Assembly: GCF_006345805.1 (NCBI RefSeq)
Contig: NC_043005.1
Span: forward strand, 63,798,001-63,862,000
Length of the DNA stretch: 64,000 bases
Direction: 5' to 3'
Source of the DNA: Octopus sinensis
Lineage: Eukaryota
A model generated the notes under the pieces. The model searched no databases and had not been told where the DNA came from. It was given only the letters and a program-made list of their open reading frames with translations. The position numbers were made by a program, and so were the translations under genes. This document shows positions 1 through 9,061 of the stretch, piece by piece. Every line of letters starts with the position of its first letter. Within the stretch, counting starts at the first letter, position 1.

Positions 1-54
1 CTCCACGTCGAATATGTATGTCTGTGTGGAAATGTGTGTGCGTGCGTGTGTATT

Positions 55-250
55 TATGCATATCTGTCTGCCATTCTGTTTGTCCACACACAATGTGACA
101 ACCACTGTTCTTTATTAATGTCCTCGTAGTTAAGCAAAATACCTCGACAGAATAAGTAACGTATTAAAAAAAAAACAGTTAGTCGTGTCCGAGTTGTTTG
201 ACTATCCCTACAGGTGCTCCAACATAGCCGCAGTCTAAACGTGGAACCAA
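55..250 (+). mobile_element. Degenerate 3' (tail) module of composite SINE family C
   Basis: Diverged match to the tail seen at 20075-20310 and 30130-30330 (tgtttgtcc...gacaacc...gatagaataagta...ggtgctccaacatagccgcagtc...gaaccaagtaaaaga). Confidence 0.65.
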
Positions 251-614
251 GTAAAAGATTATTTGTATAATTGAAGAAATATATACCTGAACTGCAACAC
301 ATTTCAGCTACGAATTTATTTTTAGTCTTACTAGTCTTTCTAATGGGCCTTTCCTTATCTAAGAAAGGGTTTTTTTAGAGAAGTATTTGACAGTTGCTTT
401 TAGTTCGTCAAGTGACTGTATTTTTTCAATGAAAAGAGGTTCTTTCTTCCGATAAATAGACGCAAATGCACTTTTCTGCAAGAACTTCCGACTCTAATTC
501 TGAACCTGGACGTACCACTTTCAGTTCACATGCCATTCTTTAAATTTAGACACCTTTGTTTTATTTCTAGGTGGCAATCTAAGGAACTTTGAAGAGGATA
601 TATATATATATATA

Positions 615-840
615 TTCCTTTTGGCTTTCACTTATTTCAGCCAGTCGATTGCGACTATGCTGGGGCACCGTGTTGAAAGGCTTAGTCGAACTAATCCACC
701 ACAAACAGTTTTTTTCTTTTTTTCAGTCTAGTACTTATTCTATCGATCTCTTTTTGCTGTGCCTCTAGCTTACGGGGACGTAAACAAAACAAAACCGGTT
801 GTCAAGCTGTGGTGGGGTGGAAAACAAGCACATACACAAA
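615..840 (-). mobile_element. Tail module of composite SINE family C (no head seen)
   Basis: Reverse-complement match: ttcagccagtcgattgcgactatgctggggcaccg...agtacttattctatcgatctc...gttacggggacgtaaac...ggttgtcaagc. Confidence 0.75.
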
Positions 841-913
841 GACACATACACATAGATACATACGCATGAATATGTCTGTATGTTTGTGAGTGCCTACATA
901 CATACGTACATAC

Positions 914-980
<67 letters not shown>

Positions 981-981
<1 letters not shown>

Positions 982-1675
982 AGTTAAGTTAAGTTAATTT
1001 TTGGATCAAAAAGCAAGGCCATGTAGGGGGACATGGAGTTATGTACTGGGAGTTATGTACAAATAGTTCACGCCACTTCTGGTCAAGAGAGACTTTGAAC
1101 CGAGCGGTCGTCGGCATCTTCACTATCTCGTCCGGCAGCTTATTCCACGGATCCGCAACCCGGGCGGAGAAAGTCCCTCTCCTTCGATTGAGATGAAATC
1201 GTCGCAGATAGAGCTTTTCGGAGTGACCCCGTAGCCGACGCTCTGGAGCAGGAGTGAAGAACAGCTCTTTCGAGAGGTTACACTTTCCGCTTATGATGTT
1301 GTGAGCAAGAATGTGATCACCACGGCGTCGTCGTTTTTCTAGAGAATAAAGGTCAAGCGTCTTCAGCCTTTCTTCATAAGACAAATGCTTGAGACCAAGA
1401 ACCATGCGGGTAGCCAGCTTCTGGACTCTTTCAAGATAATGTATGTCTTTGAGGAGATAAGGAGAAGATGCTTGAATCCCGTACTCCAATATGGGTCTCA
1501 CCAGCGTGACATAGAGCGGTAGGAATATGGCTGCTGTGAGCATTCCGAATGACCGTCGAACCAAAAACAGAACTCCGCGTGCTTTGTTGGCAGCATGGAC
1601 GCACTGGGCCGAAGGTGAAAAGGAAGATTCCACCAAGATACTCAGGTCCTTTACCTGGTCGGTCCTCTCCAGCAG

Positions 1676-1676
<1 letters not shown>
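981..1676 (-). mobile_element. CR1/L2-group LINE, 5'-truncated 3' fragment (C-terminal part of ORF2 plus 3' UTR)
   Basis: Open frame ILLERTDQVKDLSILV...LYVTLVRPILEYGIQASSPYLLKDIHYLERVQKLATRMV.GLKHLSYEERLKTLDLYSLEKRRRRGD...RLRGHSEKL...FSARVADPWNKLP, the hallmark CR1-type C-terminus. Ends in a short (TAACT)n-like tail at about 981-997; the 5' end abuts (TATG)n. Confidence 0.9.
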
Positions 1677-1709
<33 letters not shown>

Positions 1710-1841
1710 TGTATGTATGTATGTATGTATGTATGTATGTATGTATGTATATGTATTTACACATTTACCATGTAAGAAATCAGCGTATGATTTCTAAGGT
1801 GATTTTGTAAGCTGGCAAGACGAGTTGAGTTTAATCCTAGG

Positions 1842-1910
1842 CGCCGGTGAGAGCCACTGACGAACATTAATGTAAATGCGAAATCACTGGTCTTCTGGTT
1901 ATGACCGGTG
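1842..1910 (+). ncRNA. Candidate degenerate type-I hammerhead ribozyme motif (copy 1)
   Basis: CTGACGA 1857-1863, GAAA 1880-1883, TC 1894-1895. Stem I 1842-1856 pairs with 1896-1910 at 13 of 15 positions. Stem III has a near-palindromic core (actggt); stems II and III are imperfect. Confidence 0.45.
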
Positions 1911-2441
1911 CTTAGTGACCTTACTACCCTTGTCAGTAAATAAGACGGTGCATTATTGTGGCTATAACTCTTATTTCTAGCAATACTGGTGCTGAATAAC
2001 GCCTTCAGTCGCTTTAGTGACGTATATACTTTTGCCTTTTGGTTTAAAAGTTGCTTACAAGCCACCCTTATTATTTATATACATATATCTATACACTACC
2101 CAGCGTACAGACATGTTAGCCTACCGTTTGGGATATCCCACCAAAAAGCTCTAAGACTTCCAATTAACCTTACCCTAAATATATAATTCTAAATGACTTG
2201 CGATACTCGTCTTTCCTTAGTTTTCGTGGTCCTCTTCCTCTAAAATAATAATAATAATAATATAATAATAATAATAATATATATATATATATGTATGTAT
2301 GTAGTATGTATGTATGTAGTATGTATGTATGTATGTATGTATGTATGTATATGTATTTACACATTTACCATGTAAGAAATCAGCGTATGATTTCTAAGGT
2401 GATTTTGTAAGCTGGCAAGACGAGTTGAGTTTAATCCTAGG

Positions 2442-2510
2442 CGCCGGTGAGAGCCACTGACGAACATTAATGTAAATGCGAAATCACTGGTCTTCTGGTT
2501 ATGACCGGTG
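2442..2510 (+). ncRNA. Candidate degenerate type-I hammerhead ribozyme motif (copy 2)
   Basis: Identical copy of 1842-1910 in the second tandem unit. Confidence 0.4.
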
Positions 2511-2843
2511 CTTAGTGACCTTACTACCCTTGTCAGTAAATAAGACGGTGCATTATTGTGGCTATAACTCTTATTTCTAGCAATACTGGTGCTGAATAAC
2601 GCCTTCAGTCGCTTTAGTGACGTATATACTTTTGCCTTTTGGTTTAAAAGTTGCTTACAAGCCACCCTTATTATTTATATACATATATCTATACACTACC
2701 CAGCGTACAGACATGTTAGCCTACCGTTTGGGATATCCCACCAAAAAGCTCTAAGACTTCCAATTAACCTTACCCTAAATATATAATTCTAAATGACTTG
2801 CGATACTCGTCTTTCCTTAGTTTTCGTGGTCCTCTTCCTCTAA

Positions 2844-2883
<40 letters not shown>

Positions 2884-2905
2884 TATATATATATATATAT
2901 GTATG

Positions 2906-2936
<31 letters not shown>

Positions 2937-3032
2937 ATATGTATGTATGTATGTACGTATGTATGTATGTACGTATGTATATATACATGTGTGTGTGTAT
3001 GTGTGTGTGTGTGTGTGTGTATGTGTGTGTGT

Positions 3033-3338
3033 ATGGAAGCGCAATGGCCCAGTAGTCGGGGCAGGAGACTCGCAGTCTGAGGATCGCGGTTTCAACAATT
3101 CCCAGACCGGACGTTGTGTATTTTTATTGAGCGAAAATACCCAAACTCGACGAGGCTCCGGCAGGGGGTGGGGGTGGGGACTCCTGTTGTACTCTTTCGC
3201 CGCAACTTTCTCTCACTCTCTCTTCCTGTTTCTTGAGTAACGCTGCGATGGACTGGCGTCCCGTCCAGATGGAGGGAACACATACGCCACAGAAACCGGG
3301 AAACCGGGCTTATGAGCCTGGCTAGGCTTGAAACGGGC

Positions 3339-3340
<2 letters not shown>
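3033..3340 (+). mobile_element. tRNA-derived SINE family A, tail type 1
   Basis: tRNA-like head (ggaagcgcaatggcccagtag...gatcgcggtttc..ttccc). Body shared with 8662, 18511 and 62013 copies. Tail gcgatggactggcgtcccgtccag...cacagaaaccgggaaaccggg is shared with the 62013 copy. Confidence 0.85.
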
Positions 3341-3400
<60 letters not shown>

Positions 3401-3929
3401 AGATAGATAGATAGATAAAGTCTGTGTTTCTATTCCAGAATGCTTGATATTGAACTTGAATAGGATAAGTTAAATATCGCAAATATCCCGTTGAGATCTC
3501 TTTCTTTTTATTAATAAACTGCACTAAAATTTTCAGAAAGAATAAATTCCGTCTGACCCATGCAAAAATGCCAAAGAAAATGGTACTGAAAATGATAATA
3601 ATGAAATCAAATGCAATGTGGGTGTTATGCAACAGCTCATATCTTTGGAAGCCTAAATCTGTTTCTCGATTCTATTTCAAAGGGACGTAAAATTCCTAAG
3701 AAGTTTACATTTGAATCCGTTTGAAATTACGCCAAAAGTTTAACTCTGGGCTCTATTTCATCCAAAAACTTTTTTTGATACCGCTTAGATTTAGGTTCCA
3801 GCTAAAACTCCTTTAATTTTTGCCGTGTAATTATATTTAATATTAGTAATGAGTATTTTCGATGACATTTCCAAAATATACGTTTGGAAAGAAAGTAACT
3901 GAATTTTATTTCTTCCATAAATATATTAT

Positions 3930-4322
3930 TTTCTACACTTGGTACAAGGCCCGAAATTTTGGTGGAGGGGGCAGTCGATTAGATCGACCCCAGTACACAA
4001 CTGGTACTTAGTTTATTGACCCTGAAAGGATGAAAGGCAAAGTCGACCTCGGCGGAATTTGGACACAGAACACAAAGACAGACGGAATACCTATTTCTTT
4101 ACTACCCACAAGGAGCTAAACACAGAGAAGACAAAAAAGGACAGACAAACGGATTAAGTCGATTATATCGACCCCAGTGCGTAACTGGTACTTATTTAAT
4201 CAACCCCGAAAGGATGAAAGGCAAAGTCGACCTCGGCGGAATTTGAATCGAGAACGAAGCGGCAGACGAAATACCGCTAAGCATTTCACCCGGCGTGCCA
4301 ACGTTTCTGCCAGCTCGCCGTC
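3930..4322 (-). mobile_element. SINE family B, dimeric copy (Meta/MESC-like central domain)
   Basis: Head ggcgagctggcagaaacgtt...gagttcaaattccgccgaggtcgactttgcctttcatcctttcggggtcgataa...aagtaccag. The central domain occurs twice (about 4190-4250 and 3990-4055) with two different tails. Confidence 0.85.
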
Positions 4323-4979
4323 ATCTTCCATAAGTGTATTAAACTCGAATGATTCCATATAGCGCGCCTTTCTACAAACAATGAAAGTGACAGTGCTTGG
4401 TGAATTTCCTTGTATTTTTATTAAAATAGCAATAAACTTTATCATCACTACAATGCTTCTTTGGTGACGATGTATTTGAATTGCATTAAAAAGATTTCCA
4501 TCTAAGCATAATATACTTTTAAATGTAGTAAATGAGAGATGAACAGAGAGAGTTTTAAATTTCCATTATGCAATAAAACAGCTTTTAAATTTCGTACTGA
4601 TTATTCTATAAAAGTTATCCCGTTTACTTACAACATCCTTTCGAGATAAACTTGCAACAATCCTTTTAATGTCATGACAACAATGAGAGAACCATTCACT
4701 TTGAAAGGAACTGCTAAATCAAAATTTCACTTTGTCTAGAAACTGGCAATTAGATTTTCGTTACGCAACTGGCATTAAAATTAGAGACGAGTTCTACATT
4801 ATCTTTTAATGGTTCCAGATCCCTCAAAAAATAATTGACTGTCATCTCACTACTGGTTCTTATTCAGATACCGAGACATTTTCATAGGCACTGTCAGGTT
4901 TGTATGTATGTATGTATGTATGTATCTATCTATCTATCTATCTATCTAGCTATCTATCTATCTATCTATCTATATATAT

Positions 4980-5024
<45 letters not shown>

Positions 5025-5080
5025 TTTTTATATTTGGTTTGCAAGATTCTTTAAGCGAATTCGTGTGTTGAAGAATTTCT

Positions 5081-5251
5081 TTATTGCGTCCGGGGAAAGT
5101 CATTCTCCTTTAGTGCCTTATTAATTTAACTCAGTCACTGATTTTCCACTCATTTAGTCAAAATAAATAAGTAAATGAGTGGAAATCAAACCGGTGAGTG
5201 TGTTAAATTAATAAGGCACTAAAAGAGAACGACTCTCCCCAGACACAATAA
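5081..5251. mobile_element. Palindromic MITE-like element (~170 bp, ~78-bp inverted arms)
   Basis: attgcgtccggggaaagtcattctcctttagtgccttattaatttaac... is the reverse complement, with few mismatches, of ...gttaaattaataaggcactaaaagagaacgactctccccagacacaat. Confidence 0.75.
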
Positions 5252-5675
5252 TATATATACATATATATGTATTTATATATATTAATTACAGTAAGATTAT
5301 CTTACTATGTATTGTTAGGATTAAGTGTTCCTTAAAAAAGTATCTAATTGGACTCGCACATTCATTCACTGATTCTATTCGTCTCAAAAATAGGCTCAAT
5401 TACATTCATCATAACATAGATATGGACGAAGTTGCAAATGATGATAGTGCTTGTGAGCTTATTTGCAAATTTATCTTGAAGGGTCGTATTATGTTTTCAA
5501 ATCACGGCATGATCAAATTTACCGTTCATCCCTTCAACTCCAGGCGCAATTTCACTGACTCAACCCTTTCTCTAGGTTTCGGTCTTTGTGCCTATCTTAG
5601 AAATAATCATTATTCTCAAAAACGGCTGCAGCTATGTTATTGGTAAAAAAATAAAAGTGTATGCATTTGTATATA

Positions 5676-5733
<58 letters not shown>

Positions 5734-5947
5734 GGAGGGTGCGATGGATAATTTCAAATTTCGCGCGTTTTAAAATGTAGAGCAATATTTTTAAATATTT
5801 TAAACTGATGTAATATTTGCATTGTTCAATTAAATGGAGTCGCATGAAACGATCGTACTGCATTACCTCTGGATATATCCTTGTTGCTTATTTTGATTGT
5901 AATCACCCCATTTTGAATTATATGGATAATAGCATACTAAATTCTGG

Positions 5948-6480
5948 TGCTGTATGGTGCCTTGCATGTCATCATGGAAAGACTTGATGATCCTCAGCAG
6001 CTTTGGTGGGCATCCGATTTTTTGGAGCAGGAGCAAGAGGCCTGTTCTGCTTACCGAGTCAAAAGCCTATGTTAGATCAATGAAGGCCATATATAATGGC
6101 ATTTTCTGCTCTCTGGACTTCTCCTGAAGTTGGCGTATGGAGAATATCATATCGATAGTTGATCTGCTTCTTCTAAAGCCACACTGCGATTCCGGATAGA
6201 TTCGAGAAGCAAGTAGTTGTAGCCTGGCCAGGATAACGCGGGCAAAGGTCTTTCCAACAGTGCTTGGAAGGGATATACCACGGTAATTGTTACAATCACC
6301 ACGGTCACCTTTGTTTTTGTAGAGCGTAATGATGTTGGCATCCCGCATATCCTGAGGGACTGTACCCTCTTCCCAGCACTGACACAGAAGCTCATGAAGG
6401 TGCCGAAGCAGGATGGTGTTTTTGCCGGCTTTGATGATCTCTGAGGGGATGCCGTCTTTTCCCGGAGCCTTATTTCTTGC
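5948..6480 (-). mobile_element. RTE-clade LINE fragment, reverse transcriptase N-terminal part (premature stop)
   Basis: [17 protein letters not shown]...QDMRDANIITLYKNKGDRGDCNNYRGISL...PESQCGFRRSRSTIDMIFSIRQLQEKSREQKMPLYMAFIDLT*AFDSVSRTGLLLLLQKIGCPPKLLRIIKSFHDDMQGTIQ. TAG replaces the K of the DLTKAFD motif. Confidence 0.93.
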
Positions 6481-7391
6481 ATCACAAACACATTCTTTAC
6501 CAGCAAGCCATCCCACAAGGCATCCTGGAGACATCCAAGATCTCACCACTGGCATCAGCTGGATCTCATTATTACACGGAGATCCTTTCTGAGTTCCACT
6601 CTATTGACCCGCAGTTACCACAGTGCGGATTGTGACACAGACCACTCACTAATTAGAAGCAGGGTGAGGATTCTCCCTAAAAAAGTCCATCGCTCCAAGA
6701 AAGTGGGCCGACCACGCATCAACACCGCCAGAACCTCGGACCCTACACTGCGAAAATGTTTTGCTGCTTCTATCACGGTTGCCCTCAGTAGCTGCCCAAC
6801 CTCCTCTGCTGAAAGTAGGTGGGACTATATCAGGGAAGCCTTGTATACGACATCATTGGATACTTTCGGCATGAGAGAAAGGCAAAACCCAGATTGGTTC
6901 AATGCTGGGCTCTCAGAGCTGGAGCCAGTTATCGAAGCAAAGCGTGCAGCTCTGGTGCAATACAAGAGTGACTCTTCTACAAAGTCACTCGAGGAACTCA
7001 GAAAGGCACGAAATAAAACCAACTGACAGCCAGATGCTGTGCAAATAGGTATTGGCAGGAAATCTGTCAGAGTATCCAGTCAGCTGCTGACAGGGGCGAC
7101 ACCCGTGGGATGTATGCTGGTTTGAAGAAGGCCCTCGGTCCATCCGCAACCAAGTCAGCCCCTCTGAAATCAACTACTGGAGATCTCATCAGGGATCAAG
7201 GCAAGCAAATGGATAGATGGGTGGAGCACTACCAGGATCTCTACTCACGGGAGACTACAGTGGCTGAGGCTGCAGTCGAGAGTGTCAAGATCTTGCCAGT
7301 CATGTGCGAACTTGACAGTCCGCCATTTATAGCAGAGCTCACCAAGGCTGTTGACTCCCTAGCAAGAAATAAGGCTCCGGGAAAAGACGGC
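6478..7391 (+). mobile_element. Same RTE LINE, inverted upstream segment (endonuclease C-terminus to RT start)
   Basis: CITNTFFTSKPSHKASWRHPRSHHWHQLDLIITRR...TRSYHSADCDTDHSLIRS..., a frameshift near 7020, then ...MYAGLKKALGP...DRWVEHYQDLYS...[19 protein letters not shown]. Confidence 0.92.
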
Positions 7392-7876
<485 letters not shown>

Positions 7877-8080
7877 TCCCTTGCTACAAAATTGTCTCTC
7901 TTCTTCAGAGCTGCCTGGACGCGTACCTCCACCAATGAGACGCTCCCAACGTAGACGTCTCTCTATTTCTCCTCGGCCTTGTTGCAACCAGCCTTGCTTG
8001 TACCTCTTTAACCGATATTCTTCTTCCTTCTTCCTTCAGAACAACATCCCTCTAGAAACCTCTCCTGTTTTGTTAACCGA

Positions 8081-8161
8081 CTACTGCTTAAATAACATCA
8101 CTACTGTTTAAATAACTACTGTTTAAATAACGACATCACTACTGTTTAAATAACGACATCA
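8081..8161 (+). repeat. Short minisatellite, 4 units of ctactgtttaaataa(cgacatca)
   Basis: Four imperfect 15-23-bp direct repeats read directly. Confidence 0.8.
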
Positions 8162-8661
8162 AGGTCACCACTCTAGGAGGACCCGTAAATATCATTAGTA
8201 CTGTACCTTCATAGGAACTCAAAAAGCAAAGAAAGACTGAATTAGAAAATATAGTTCAAAACTGTAAGTTGAAACATCATAAAATTATCGGACAGTATTT
8301 TTAAAACATCAGAATATGAATTCTAGGTATTCCACTGCTACTTCTAACGCTAACGTATAACCTCCTTTGCAGCGAAGTGTAAATAATAGAATATAATTAT
8401 TTATTCCGCAATTTGCGAACAGAAAAATATTTCACATTTAGGGAGAAATAGCATCCGTTACCGATTGATCAAGCATATTGATTTCAAGGAATGATCGAAA
8501 GGAAGTTCTGCTGTTCTGGCCTTTAATATGCTCATTAACAAAGTATGTGAAATAGTTATGCAATAGAATCTTTTGCACGGTCTAGGATATGTACGTTGAA
8601 TACTTACCACATACGGCCATAGATAAGACTGCCATACCCATAGCATAATACTTGCCATCAT

Positions 8662-9061
8662 GTGGAGGCGCAATGGCCCAGTGGTTAGGGCAGCGGACTC
8701 GCGGTCATAGGATCGCGGTTTCGATTCCCAGACCGGGCGTTGTGAGTGTTTATTGAGCGAAAACACCTAAAGCTCCACGAGGCTCCGGCAGGGGATGGTG
8801 GTGATCCCTGCTGTACTCTTTTACACAACTCTCTCTCTCTCTCTCTCTCTCTCACTCTTATTTCCTGTTTCTGTTGTACCTGTATTTCAAAGGGCCGGCC
8901 TTGTCACTCTCTGTGTCACACTGAATATCCCCGAGAAATACGTTAAGGGTACACGTGTCTATGGAGTGCTCAGCCACTTACACGTTAATTTCACGAGCAG
9001 GCTGTTCCGTTGATTCGGATCAACCGGAACCCTCGTCGTCGTAACCGACGGAGTGCTTCCA
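8662..9061 (+). mobile_element. tRNA-derived SINE family A, tail type 2, full length with target-site duplication
   Basis: Pol III A box TGGCCCAGTGG (8674-8684) and B-box-like GTTTCGATTCC (8718-8728). TSD acttgccatcat (8650-8661) / acttgtcatcat (9062-9073). Confidence 0.92.

Larger units (their letters stand above)
1719..2862. repeat. Tandem duplication, 600-bp period (1719-2262 = 2319-2862)
   Basis: Lines from 1741 and 2341 read identically, and the ORF track gives identical 102-aa and 65-aa translations 600 bp apart. Units are bounded by (TATG)n and (TAA)n. Confidence 0.95.

Noticed and set aside
1757-2065. 102-aa ORF repeated at 2357-2665
   Set aside because: No recognisable domain. The repetition only reflects the 600-bp duplication, and the frame lies antisense to the hammerhead-like motif.
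8081-8161. Short direct repeats considered as a CRISPR-like array
   Set aside because: Units are adjacent without unique spacers, the context is eukaryotic, and there are no cas genes; a simple minisatellite.
8662-8740. tRNA-like sequence with A and B boxes
   Set aside because: It is the head of a SINE (continues into the shared body, has a TSD, four copies in the window) and lacks a proper acceptor stem; not a tRNA gene.
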